A program made the translations under genes and the position numbers. A model generated the notes under the pieces. The model saw only the letters and a list, made by a program, of their open reading frames with translations. It made no database searches and was not told the origin of the DNA. A stretch of DNA of 64,000 nt, taken from the IMG/VR virus record IMGVR_UViG_2609460125_000009; one strand, written 5' to 3'. The stretch is from a virus. Lineage: Duplodnaviria; Heunggongvirae; Uroviricota; Caudoviricetes. Shown here one piece after another: positions 38,741-48,269 of this stretch (positions are counted from its first letter, which is position 1; every line of letters begins with the position of its first letter).

Positions 38741-39736
38741 GTGACCAGTAAGGCGTCTACGGACGCCTTACTTTTTGGAAGGAATGTACCGGTGAATTAT
38801 CTCTTCGTAGATGGCAATAGCCTGGGTTATTACCACCAACAATCTGACAAATTGCACAACGGCGAAATGGAAGTACAGGCTGCTTTCGGCTTTGTTAAGA
38901 ACGTCCGTCGTTATGCCTCCATCCTCCATGCCCGACCTATGATTCTTTGGGATGGATTTAGTGACAAGCGTCGCGACTTTTACCCGGACTACAAAGCAAA
39001 TCGCGACGACGATCCTGATATGAAAAAGATGAAGGAAGGCTTTGCTATCCAGAAGCCATACATCCTCAAAATGATGACCGCGCTTGGAGTTACCCAACTC
39101 ATTGCAAAAGATGCAGAAGCGGATGATCTGGCCGGGCTGCTGGTATCCCGCATGGCACCGCAGCCAACCGTTGAACACATCTATCTGTTAACAGGCGATA
39201 GCGACTGGCTTCAGTTAGTTCGTGAAAACGTAAGCTGGGTAAGCCTGCGTGAAGACGCCAAAAACAAGCAGGTTAATTTTGAGCAATTTGCGGAGCTGAC
39301 AGGATTCGCTACTCCTCGCGCATTTTTGGAAGCAAAAGCATTACAAGGCGATAAATCGGACAACATTAGCGGTGTTGGTGGCATTGGTGCTGGCGGTGCG
39401 AAAGAGCTGCTGCATGAATGGGGAAGTGTCGCAACGATGGTACGCGGCATCAACGACGGCTCAATCGTGGTTGACAAAGGACGCCATAAGACCGCCTTCA
39501 ACAAACTAGCGAAGAATGCCTTCAACGAGAAAACAGGCTGTCGAATGCTCGAAGCGTTCAAGAGAAACATCACGCTAATGAACCTGATTGAGACGAAGTT
39601 TCCGCCTACCGAAATCGAAACAATCAAAGGCAATCGTGACGTGAAAGCATTCGAGCAACTGTGCTACGAGCTGAATTTCCGTTCGTTCCTTGAAGACCTT
39701 GAAGTGTTTGTTCTTCCATTCGAAAGGTATTGCTAA
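38741..39736 (+). CDS. 5'-3' exonuclease / flap endonuclease (FEN family)
   Basis: Motifs FVDGNSL, AEADDLAG, LLTGDSDWLQLV and helix-3-turn-helix GVGGIGAGGAKELL. Confidence 0.85.
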   Translation: MTSKASTDALLFGRNVPVNYLFVDGNSLGYYHQQSDKLHNGEMEVQAAFGFVKNVRRYASILHARPMILWDGFSDKRRDFYPDYKANRDDDPDMKKMKEGFAIQKPYILKMMTALGVTQLIAKDAEADDLAGLLVSRMAPQPTVEHIYLLTGDSDWLQLVRENVSWVSLREDAKNKQVNFEQFAELTGFATPRAFLEAKALQGDKSDNISGVGGIGAGGAKELLHEWGSVATMVRGINDGSIVVDKGRHKTAFNKLAKNAFNEKTGCRMLEAFKRNITLMNLIETKFPPTEIETIKGNRDVKAFEQLCYELNFRSFLEDLEVFVLPFERYC

Positions 39737-40002
39737 TGCTTAAATCGATTATTAATGGCGCTACAACCACCCCCACCCAACTGGCAAAAGAGATTGTCTT
39801 TTATCACGGTGAGTACGCTGTCATCGCACTGCCGTCAATTCTAGGCGCTGCCGGAATGAAAGCGACAGATCGCGAGTTTGGATTAGTCAGCGAGCAGGTC
39901 GTAAAAATCCTCGCTCGTGTATCCAGACTCCTTAACCACGATGCGATTGTATTCGACGAATCCGCCGCTTTAAAACGAATCAACGAAACAAAAGGAGCCT
40001 GA
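39736..40002 (+). CDS. hypothetical protein
   Basis: ATG overlaps the FEN stop (TAATG); 88 aa. Confidence 0.4.
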   Translation: MLKSIINGATTTPTQLAKEIVFYHGEYAVIALPSILGAAGMKATDREFGLVSEQVVKILARVSRLLNHDAIVFDESAALKRINETKGA

Positions 40003-40004
40003 TC

Positions 40005-42344
40005 ATGGCAAAAGGAAAATCCGCACTGGCACTTGCTCTGAAAAAGAAAATCGGTAGCAACGACGAAATTCAGAAAGTAACTCATTGGATTGACACAGGC
40101 TTTCCTCCGTTAAACAAAGCTATTTCCGGTCGTTACGATGGCGGTTTCCCATGTGGTCGTATCGTAGAAGTATTCGGGCCACCAAGCGCGGGGAAATGTG
40201 TTACCGCAGACACCATGCTGCTGACGGAGCGTGGAATGGTAACAGTGAAAGAGTTGTTTGAGATTGAAGGGTACAAAGCGACATGCACTACTCGCGATGT
40301 AGAGCATAACGTTGGACTCATCAATGAAAATGGCGTGATAGAGAAGACCTCACACCTGACATGGAACAACCGTCGCAAATTCAAGCGTATTAAGCTGGCA
40401 TCAGGCGGTTATATCGAGGCTACGTTCCGTCACCCAATCCGTGTGGTTGACGACTTAGGTAATGTCGTCTGGCGACATGCTGAAAAAATCAGTGTAGGCG
40501 ACACGATTCCTTCAATGGTTGGCACACATCAATTCGGCGATCAGCACCTGGATGCCAATATCGCAAAACTGATGGGCTATTTAATTGCTGACGGATACGT
40601 GGCCTCTGAAAATTCAGTGAATTTTTCTAACACAGATCCTTTCATCAAGGATGAGTACTACCGCCTCATTTCGCTGGTATCAGACAAGATGCCAGTTACG
40701 AGAAAACATAACGGCTCGGAAGACCATGTGCTGTTTAGCAAAGAGGTGCGTTCGCTGCTTTTTAAAGAATATGGTCTGGAGTATGAGAAAGCTGCTGGCA
40801 AGCAGGTTCCGTTGAGTGTGCGTCGCGCCAATAGCGAGGCTCAAATTGCATTCCTTCGCGGCTACTTTGAGCTGGAATGCCACGTCAATGATGGTCGCTG
40901 CATTGAGGTTGTGAGCGCGAGTGGGCTGCTGCTACAGCAAATTCGCCTCATGCTCCTGAATCTGGGGATTACGTCAACTATCTCTGAAAAACACGTCGCG
41001 GGTTATGAAAATACATATTACCGGCTGTCATTCAGTGGCTCTAATTACGACCTTTTTCTGTCAACGATTGGTTTCGAATCTCCGGCACGTTTATCAGTGG
41101 CAACCAAACGGGACATTGGTTTTGACCGCACTTACTCAGGCTATGTTCCGCACATCAGCGGCTTAGTGAAATCACTCTACGAGTCGCTCACCAAGACCAC
41201 CCGTGAAGACTACGCTCTGGTAGACCACGTTATTGGCCGCGGCGATCGTGTCGGAATAGACAAACTGCGAGAAATCTATGTCTCCTTCATTGGCAGAAAG
41301 AATCGTTTTAACGAGCATCTGTTTGCACAACTGGCAGCGGTAATTGGCTCTAACTTGTTCTACGACGAAGTCGTGGCTATTGAGGAAGGTGAAGCACCAA
41401 CGTTCGACGTAGCGATGCCGGAAACACACTCTTTCTGGTCTAACGGGATTATCAGCCACAACACATTCCTTGCAACAGCAGCGATGATCTCCGCTCAAAA
41501 ACAAGATGGTCTGGCGGTATTCCTCGATCATGAAAACAGTTTTGACGTTGGCCTGGCTGTAGCCAATGGCCTGAACGCAGATGAGGATGACGGTCAGTGG
41601 GTATACAAGCAGCCAGATACCTTCGAAGACTCTGTAGAGTTGATCGGCACAATACTTAAATTGGTTCGTGATGAAGAGCTTATCCCCGAATCAGCACCTA
41701 TCTGTATCGTGGCTGACTCTCTTGCGTCTATGGTTCCGAACTCCAAAGCCGAGAAGTTCGAAAAGATGGCTGAAGGCACAGCCAAAGACAAAGATCAGCT
41801 AAACATGAACGACAATACGGCACTGGCTCGTGCGACGAGTGCGAACTTCCCTACTCTGGCTTTGTGGGCACGCAAATACAACGCCTGCATCATCTTCTTG
41901 AATCAGGTTCGCACAAAAATCGGTGTAATGTTTGGCGACCCTACTACGTCGCCAGGTGGAGATTCACCGAAGTTCTACGCTTCTGTACGTATCCGTCTTG
42001 GTGCATCGGTGATGAAGGATGGTAAAGAGAAGATCGGCCAGGACGTAGGCGCAGAATGCATCAAAAACAAAGTTGCACCACCGTATGGCAAATGCACCTG
42101 GAAATTCTACTTCGATCCTACTCGTGGCCTCGACGTTATCGAGTCGCTCGTCGAGTACATGCTGGAAGAAGGATACCTGCCAAAGAACGCCAGCGGTCGA
42201 GTAGAAATTGGTGACAAGAAATACACCAAATCACAGATCGTCGAGATGTATCGGGAGAAGCCACTAGCTGAAATCATTGCGGCTTTACAGGCAATCGACG
42301 ACCGGAGATCAAAAGACAATCCCACCGAGTCAGTAGAAGAGTAA
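40005..42344 (+). CDS. RecA-family recombinase precursor containing an intein in the Walker A motif
   Basis: N-extein ends GPPSAGK, C-extein begins TFLATAA, so splicing restores GPPSAGKTFLA; the C-extein carries RecA-like core motifs. Confidence 0.85.
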   Translation: MAKGKSALALALKKKIGSNDEIQKVTHWIDTGFPPLNKAISGRYDGGFPCGRIVEVFGPPSAGKCVTADTMLLTERGMVTVKELFEIEGYKATCTTRDVEHNVGLINENGVIEKTSHLTWNNRRKFKRIKLASGGYIEATFRHPIRVVDDLGNVVWRHAEKISVGDTIPSMVGTHQFGDQHLDANIAKLMGYLIADGYVASENSVNFSNTDPFIKDEYYRLISLVSDKMPVTRKHNGSEDHVLFSKEVRSLLFKEYGLEYEKAAGKQVPLSVRRANSEAQIAFLRGYFELECHVNDGRCIEVVSASGLLLQQIRLMLLNLGITSTISEKHVAGYENTYYRLSFSGSNYDLFLSTIGFESPARLSVATKRDIGFDRTYSGYVPHISGLVKSLYESLTKTTREDYALVDHVIGRGDRVGIDKLREIYVSFIGRKNRFNEHLFAQLAAVIGSNLFYDEVVAIEEGEAPTFDVAMPETHSFWSNGIISHNTFLATAAMISAQKQDGLAVFLDHENSFDVGLAVANGLNADEDDGQWVYKQPDTFEDSVELIGTILKLVRDEELIPESAPICIVADSLASMVPNSKAEKFEKMAEGTAKDKDQLNMNDNTALARATSANFPTLALWARKYNACIIFLNQVRTKIGVMFGDPTTSPGGDSPKFYASVRIRLGASVMKDGKEKIGQDVGAECIKNKVAPPYGKCTWKFYFDPTRGLDVIESLVEYMLEEGYLPKNASGRVEIGDKKYTKSQIVEMYREKPLAEIIAALQAIDDRRSKDNPTESVEE
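40197..41462 (+). mobile_element. intein with LAGLIDADG homing-endonuclease domain (422 aa) inside the recombinase gene
   Basis: Begins with Cys (CVTADTMLL, intein block A), ends with His-Asn before the extein Thr; internal LMGYLIADGY and FLRGYFELE motifs. Confidence 0.8.
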
Positions 42345-42348
42345 ACAC

Positions 42349-42374
42349 AAGGCGTCCACAGGACGCCTTTTTTA
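42349..42374 (+). terminator. rho-independent terminator
   Basis: GGCGTCC-ACA-GGACGCC followed by TTTTTT after the recombinase stop. Confidence 0.8.
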
Positions 42375-42437
42375 TCTCTTGAAAATATATAAGTGCTTAC
42401 TTATCATTTTTCACATAACAACCACATAGGAAAACAC

Positions 42438-42638
42438 ATGATCAAAATCTATCTATTGGCAGTAGCCACAGGCCTTTCAGTGGCTCTCATCTACGGATTA
42501 CTGGTTCCGTCGCTGATTTCTGCAAAGAGTGATTTGGCCGTCATGCTTGGAGTTCTCGTTGGTTTTGGCGCTCCAGTAATCGGTCTTATTGGTGGTCGTA
42601 AGTTTATTAACTCATTAATCAAAGCAAAGGGGAAATAA
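42438..42638 (+). CDS. small membrane protein (two predicted transmembrane helices)
   Basis: Conserved leader GGAAAACACATG; 66 aa, hydrophobic; directly upstream of the SPFH gene. Confidence 0.45.
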   Translation: MIKIYLLAVATGLSVALIYGLLVPSLISAKSDLAVMLGVLVGFGAPVIGLIGGRKFINSLIKAKGK

Positions 42639-42641
42639 GTA

Positions 42642-43472
42642 ATGAAGAAAGGTTTACTTGCAGTTGCTCTGGCGGCTATTTGCACAATGGGTCTTACTGG
42701 CTGTGATCGCGTGGAGCCTGGATACGTTGGCATCAAAGTAAACAAATTAGGTGAAGACAAAGGGATTGGTGAAGTGGTTGGCGTTGGTCGCCAATGGACA
42801 GGTCTTAACACCGAACTTTACGTATTCCCGACCTTCAAACAAATGAAGACCTACGACGAACCGTTCACATTCCAGATGAGTGACGGTACTGCTATTGGTC
42901 ACAAAATTGGCGTTGCGTATCTGGTTAATCGTGACAAGGTAACGACGGTGTTCCAGACCTATCGCAAAGGCGTAGACGATATCACCGAATCAGATCTGCG
43001 TCAGAAAATTGCCGACTCTCTAAACCGTTTGGCCAGCCGTATGACCACTGACTCATTTATCGACGGTGGTAAGGCACAATTGCTGGACAACGCACTGAAA
43101 GATATTCAGAAAGAGATGTCTCCGGTTGGTATTGAGGTACTGAGCCTGTCATGGGTTGGAAAGCCTGATTACCCAAAAACCGTCATTGAATCTATTAACG
43201 CCAAAGTAACGGCTAACCAGCGTACTCTGCAACGTCAGCAGGAAGTTGAACAGCGTAAAGCTGAGGCGAATATGCTACGTGAACAGGCTAATGGTGAAGC
43301 TGATGCTATCCGTGCTCGTGCGCAAGCAGAAGCAGACGCCATTCGTCTGCGCGGTGAAGCTCTGCGTCAAAACCCGAACGTTATGGAACTGGAAGCCATC
43401 AATAAATGGAATGGCCAGTTACCGCAGTACATGACTCAAGGGGCTAACACTCCTTTCATTACAGTGAAATAA
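42642..43472 (+). CDS. SPFH / band-7 (stomatin-prohibitin-like) lipoprotein
   Basis: Signal peptide with lipobox LTGC; SPFH-like core followed by an Ala/Glu/Arg-rich coiled coil (EADAIRARAQAEADAIRLRGEAL). Confidence 0.7.
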   Translation: MKKGLLAVALAAICTMGLTGCDRVEPGYVGIKVNKLGEDKGIGEVVGVGRQWTGLNTELYVFPTFKQMKTYDEPFTFQMSDGTAIGHKIGVAYLVNRDKVTTVFQTYRKGVDDITESDLRQKIADSLNRLASRMTTDSFIDGGKAQLLDNALKDIQKEMSPVGIEVLSLSWVGKPDYPKTVIESINAKVTANQRTLQRQQEVEQRKAEANMLREQANGEADAIRARAQAEADAIRLRGEALRQNPNVMELEAINKWNGQLPQYMTQGANTPFITVK

Positions 43473-43487
43473 CTCCCCTAAAAAGTT

Positions 43488-43514
43488 CAGGCGTCCAGTT
43501 GGACGCCTTTTTTA
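43488..43514 (+). terminator. rho-independent terminator
   Basis: GGCGTCC-AGTT-GGACGCC followed by TTTTTT; same stem sequence as the terminator at 42349. Confidence 0.8.
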
Positions 43515-43563
43515 TCGCAATTATCTTATTAAGAAAACAATTTGTTTAAAAGGATAAGAAAAC

Positions 43564-43989
43564 ATGACAGCTATTAAGAAACTCTACGATGCCGCAAACG
43601 TGGCTCTGGATGTTATTGATGATGAAGTAGCAAAAGGCTTTCCTGAACCTGATTGGGCGCATCAGCTACGAAACGCTATCGCAGAAATGACCCCACCAGA
43701 TCCAACCCCCGACGAGACAGACTGGCAGCGATTCATCCGTATGTACGCTCAGGAAATAGGTCCAACGCCAACGGCAGAGCAAGCAATGCTGCTGAAATAC
43801 TTCAAAGAGGCGGGGGAGGATTTACCAATTGATGACTCAGCATATTGGTTCCACTGCGCATGGCGTAAGTATGACGTGATATTCACACAAGGCATGGGGA
43901 GCAAAGATATGGTTGTGTGGCATCTACTCCATATAGACACAGCCGTTGACAGAGTTATTGAACAGTTTTTCCCTAAACAAGAAGATTGA
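43564..43989 (+). CDS. hypothetical protein
   Basis: Conserved leader AAAACAATTTGTTTAAAAGGATAAGAAAACATG; 141 aa. Confidence 0.5.
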   Translation: MTAIKKLYDAANVALDVIDDEVAKGFPEPDWAHQLRNAIAEMTPPDPTPDETDWQRFIRMYAQEIGPTPTAEQAMLLKYFKEAGEDLPIDDSAYWFHCAWRKYDVIFTQGMGSKDMVVWHLLHIDTAVDRVIEQFFPKQED

Positions 43990-44044
43990 TCGCCTATTCA
44001 TAACTACCAAAATAAGTAAACACTAACCACAAAAGGAAAAACAC

Positions 44045-44320
44045 ATGAGAGTTTTAGTTCGAATCGTTACCAGCACTGTCTATGACGCATTTCCGCTTTT
44101 TATCGTCAAAGCCGATGGCCTTAACGACGAAGAAACTGACGCGCTGATCCAGCGTACTCTTGTTGAATATACAGGTCATGACGCTGATTCAGTGATGGTT
44201 GATGATGATGGTGTTTGTTGGCATAACGGCAACTGTTGGTACGTAGAAGAGACTCAACAAATCAGTGATGAAGATGCCGCACATCTTGAGCGTATTTTAA
44301 GCATCAGCACTTTTGAGTGA
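44045..44320 (+). CDS. hypothetical acidic protein
   Basis: Conserved leader AAAGGAAAAACACATG; 91 aa. Confidence 0.5.
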   Translation: MRVLVRIVTSTVYDAFPLFIVKADGLNDEETDALIQRTLVEYTGHDADSVMVDDDGVCWHNGNCWYVEETQQISDEDAAHLERILSISTFE

Positions 44321-44360
44321 GTTTACAGTAAAATTTATATAAGTTAGTATCTACCTATCA

Positions 44361-44540
44361 TGAAGATTTTTATTGAATACTTGTTACTCATCGTTTCAAT
44401 AGCTTTTGTCATCGACTGCATTTTCACCGGTGTCATTCGTAAAGTCTTTTCCCCGGTGAACGACGTAGTCATAAACGCTTTGGCTATCGTGCTCGTATTT
44501 AATTCAGCATTTGATGTAATCAAAGAGGTGGCAGCATGAA
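44361..44540 (+). CDS. small membrane protein (59 aa)
   Basis: ATG follows a copy of the dispersed palindromic motif; hydrophobic; stop overlaps the next start (ATGA); below the ORF-track length cut-off. Confidence 0.3.
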
Positions 44541-44871
44541 GGCCATCCCATTCACTCTGTTGTTCCTTTCCTCGATCGTTGTGGCCGACACCACTGTTTA
44601 TCAGTGTGAAATGTCTGTAGCCGACGTTAAGAATGGCGCTCTTACCGACGTCATAAAAGCACCATATGGAGCGATGGTCGTAGACAGCGGCGACCAGTTC
44701 TATGTTGTGCGTGACGATCGAGTGTTGTCATCCCCATATCTCACAAACCGTAATGGCAAATTAACCGGCGTCGGAGAAGACCACTTCGTATACAACAAAT
44801 ACAAGGGCTTCTATGGCGTTCACGCTTCTCAGCAAAGCTACCTTTTCGATGACTGCAAGGAGGTTGGATAA
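44536..44871 (+). CDS. hypothetical secreted protein
   Basis: N-terminal signal-peptide-like segment MKAIPFTLLFLSSIVVA; 111 aa. Confidence 0.45.
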   Translation: MKAIPFTLLFLSSIVVADTTVYQCEMSVADVKNGALTDVIKAPYGAMVVDSGDQFYVVRDDRVLSSPYLTNRNGKLTGVGEDHFVYNKYKGFYGVHASQQSYLFDDCKEVG

Positions 44872-45083
44872 TGGCATTAACACTGGCAGGTCTGGAAATC
44901 GAGAAAACAAGCGGCTACTGGCGTGCTAAGGGTTTCAAGCAGCCTGGCATTCTTGAGCGTCTGGAACGTGAAGATGGGTATATCGTCCACCAGCGGCGTG
45001 AATGGCGTATGTACGATCCAGAAACAGGAAAACTGACTACAAAAGCCGGAACACTTTGGGGCCTGTTGAAGAAAATACACTAA
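44871..45083 (+). CDS. hypothetical protein
   Basis: 70-aa ORF whose start overlaps the previous stop. Confidence 0.4.
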   Translation: MALTLAGLEIEKTSGYWRAKGFKQPGILERLEREDGYIVHQRREWRMYDPETGKLTTKAGTLWGLLKKIH

Positions 45084-45093
45084 TAGCACCAAC

Positions 45094-45573
45094 CACTGCG
45101 GTGAGTAGCCAGCTCACCGCATTCGTATCAGCTCATTATCCACTGTGGTCTGCAGTCCTCTCTTCCTACATATCTGCTAACCACTGTAGCGAGTAGACAG
45201 CCTTTCATTCGCATCAAACAACCACTATGGTGAGTATTGGAGTGAGATGTACAGCGGGTATCCACTATGGTGAGTAAGCCTTTGCTGTTTTCAGTGGATA
45301 TCCACTCGCCACAGTGGATACGCTCAAAGATGAGGGCGACAACAACCACTATAGACAGTAAATTTTCCAAGATACCCAGTGACCACTAACCTCGCAGCCC
45401 TTGTTTCATCAGTGTTAGTGATCACTAACATTTGATTCAGTATTTGCATTCTACTGCCTACAGTGGTTATCAACAGATAACGATACTCACTATAGTGGAT
45501 AGCGAATTACAGATATAAGTAAGGCTCACTACAGTGGATAGTGAGCCTTACTACTAACTACAGTGGTTGGGCT
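45094..45573. repeat. iteron-like repeat cluster (about 12 copies of CCACTrTGG / CTAyAGTGG cores in both orientations)
   Basis: Examples: ccactgtggtctg 45140, aaccactatggtgagta 45221 and 45261, cactatagtggatagcg 45488, ctacagtggata 45528; lies at the 3' side of the initiator gene. Confidence 0.6.
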
Positions 45574-46627
45574 ATTTGCGAGTCTTTGCCTTGCGCAACT
45601 CTTCGAGAAGCGCCAGTTCTTCTTTACTCAACATGACCATTTTGCCTTCTTTTTCGTCAGGCACAACGTCGATAATGTCATCTTGATTCTCATCTGGGAG
45701 GCTATATTCCGTCTCATCATTATCGATTTTTGTTGATATTTGTGCCTGGCGTAACTTTGGCCGCCTATAGTGGATGACGAAGTAGACCGAGTTTCCGCGC
45801 TTAACTTCCGTGTAATCGAGATATCCTATCTCTCGCAGCTGTTCCATAGCCTTTCTTACCGTCGCATTCTGAGTAATAGTGCGACTTGTCAGATTAAGTC
45901 TGGCGCGTAAACGGGCTAGTGATATTGGTGCCGGATCAGGCGGCAAACTTTCAATAAAAGTATAAAGCGCCTGAGCGGATTCTTTTCTTGAGAGTTCGTT
46001 TATAGCCCGGAGTTGCAGAAGAACCTTTTTGTCGAACTGGTAGAGTTCGAAAATCTTGGGATCTGCTTTCAGTTCGACCGTATCGTGCTTGACACTATAT
46101 TTTGCCGTTTGCACAAGATGCGTTACGTAAAACTCATCAGAGCCTTTGCTACGGAACGAGATGGTATTTGTGGCAATACGGCTTAGCGAACTGTCCAGGC
46201 GTTTGCGTAACTTCGCTGATGACCTGGCGGTCGGAATGCCACACAGCCTTACAAACTCAACGAACGGCAACGTGACAGTATCGCCAACGACCTTGTGTTT
46301 GGCAAACGCGTGGATTATTCCCACCCACGTTTTAAAGTCGTTATCCATATCAAGCCGAAGGCCAGAGATCCTTATGTCTTCGTACCCTTCGGCTTTTGCC
46401 AGAGACAGCTGTTTGAGTTCAGCAGAGGCATCCATAGAGACCATTTGCCCCTTTCTTCCTCTGGATGTCGATTTCAGCGTCGGAACGAAGAGGCCCAGAC
46501 GCATCAAAGCAACAGGCTGAACAGTGTTATTAGTGTTAGGAACCAACGTAACAACTTCGCCTGTCTTTTTATCTGTTTCTGAAAATGCTTCAACGATCGC
46601 TATGTTTTTATTGCCGTTTTCGCTCAT
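45572..46627 (-). CDS. replication initiator protein (RepA/Rep_3-like, iteron-binding)
   Basis: 351-aa minus-strand ORF flanked on both sides by 21-bp-spaced direct repeats; charged C-terminus; assignment rests mainly on context and overall resemblance to plasmid RepA-type initiators. Confidence 0.55.
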   Translation of the reverse strand: MSENGNKNIAIVEAFSETDKKTGEVVTLVPNTNNTVQPVALMRLGLFVPTLKSTSRGRKGQMVSMDASAELKQLSLAKAEGYEDIRISGLRLDMDNDFKTWVGIIHAFAKHKVVGDTVTLPFVEFVRLCGIPTARSSAKLRKRLDSSLSRIATNTISFRSKGSDEFYVTHLVQTAKYSVKHDTVELKADPKIFELYQFDKKVLLQLRAINELSRKESAQALYTFIESLPPDPAPISLARLRARLNLTSRTITQNATVRKAMEQLREIGYLDYTEVKRGNSVYFVIHYRRPKLRQAQISTKIDNDETEYSLPDENQDDIIDVVPDEKEGKMVMLSKEELALLEELRKAKTRK

Positions 46628-46672
46628 TCCAAATGTCTCTTGTTATTCGACGGCTTTGGTGGCCTTTGCTGA

Positions 46673-47300
46673 TTACAGTGGATAGTAGCACTCATCACAG
46701 CGGTTATCCTACCGTCTATAGTGGTTTTTCTCCTCTCTATAGTGGTTGCTTTGCTCCCTATAGTGGATTATTCGCTCTCTATAGTGGATATCGATCATGT
46801 CTGAAGGCAGATGGCGCAACGGTTTGAGGTGGGCGGGGATCTTATTGGGTCTTTATGGGTCTCTTTGGTTCTCTTTGTGATCTGAATTACTGGATCGGGC
46901 CTGTGGATAAAAATCAGAGGATTTCAAGAACAGGTAACTCTACTCTTCTGTGGATATTTAAGGACATAAGAATCATGACTAAGAGTAGAGTTTAAAATAT
47001 ATCTATGTATATCAGTATGTTAATGAAGAATTAAGTCATTAAGTTATCCATAAAAGACAATGTGCTCTACTCTCTACAGTGGATATATACAGCTCTCCAG
47101 AGTGGTTGTTTTACTCTTCATAGCGGTTATTCAGCTCTCTACAGAGGTTTCTTTGCTCTCCATAGTGGATGGCAACACCCTTTCAGACCAGTAACCGCAA
47201 CGGCTAGAGGCGATCGGGGATCTCTTTGGATCTTCTATTTGATCTTACTTGGGATCTCTTATTTGGATCTATCCAGTGGATAACTGGGATAAGTAAAACA
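46673..47300. promoter_or_regulatory. candidate origin of replication: two iteron arrays, DnaA boxes, AT-rich block and GATC clusters
   Basis: Direct repeats CTCTATAGTGGwT at 46714, 46735, 46756, 46777 and at 47072, 47095, 47116, 47137, 47158 (21-22 bp spacing); perfect DnaA box TGTGGATAA at 46902-46910 and 8/9 matches near 46950 and 47044; AT-rich 46920-47060; five GATC in 47216-47270. Confidence 0.6.
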
Positions 47301-47370
47301 GGCAAATGCAGATTAAGGTATGCCTAATGAGTTATCGTAGCATCGGCCAATAACTACTGAAAAAACGATT

Positions 47371-48015
47371 ATGGATCTAAAACGCACGCGCTGGGTTCGT
47401 CGTCTTGAGGACGGCTCCTACACTATCGAATCAAATTCCAACCTGAATAAGCAGAAGTTACTTTGTGATATCTGCGGTATAGCGGCGAAGTGCCCGATCT
47501 ACGAAACCAGAATTAAACTTGATAAGGCTGGTGTGAACTTTCATTTGAATAGTTGTATCAGGTACGTTCCATTGCTCGCATTTCGTAAACCGATCATCGG
47601 ATTGGATGCGCCCTACTTCAACACACTCCGTTCAGGAGTAACGTGGCGAGATCGTTTATCACCAGACAAACTGATTTGCCTTGTATCCGCAGATACAGGA
47701 AAAATCATTCGTTTTGGGAAAGTAGACAAGGTTTACTCAGGCCCAGTTGACGAGATGTTGCGGAAACACAGCCGGTTTAATCACCTCTGCATGGGTGGTG
47801 AGAAAATAGAGAAGGTTGAAGAAGTGATCCGCAAATCCTACGGACACTTCCTGACCAAAGATAGCCTGCTCACTGCAATCTACATCAGACATGTAAAACG
47901 TGAGTTCGACCTTGAATACCATAGCGAAGAAGAACTGAACCTTGTCGATCCACGTCCTAAAGCTGGCGTCATAAGCATAAATGCAGCGCGTAAAAAGCCC
48001 ACTGACGCGCTGTAA
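47371..48015 (+). CDS. hypothetical protein adjacent to the origin
   Basis: 214-aa ORF; no motif recognised. Confidence 0.5.
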   Translation: MDLKRTRWVRRLEDGSYTIESNSNLNKQKLLCDICGIAAKCPIYETRIKLDKAGVNFHLNSCIRYVPLLAFRKPIIGLDAPYFNTLRSGVTWRDRLSPDKLICLVSADTGKIIRFGKVDKVYSGPVDEMLRKHSRFNHLCMGGEKIEKVEEVIRKSYGHFLTKDSLLTAIYIRHVKREFDLEYHSEEELNLVDPRPKAGVISINAARKKPTDAL

Positions 48016-48269
48016 CCCTCCAGATCGTATATTGGCGTAGATAGAATCTACGCCCCCTCAAAATAGCTCTCATAGCGTTCTACAGTGATCCAGTCTTATT
48101 TTTAGTCATACAGACAAGCAAAGTTGCGCCACGATAAATAGGTATATACTTACTTATAAATTTTGTATATTAAGGCGCTCGTTTCATTCCTAACATACCG
48201 TTATGCATAGTTGTTTACCTCCTCATTGCTCTTAGAATTTGTATCAAAATAACCACAAAGGAAAAACAC

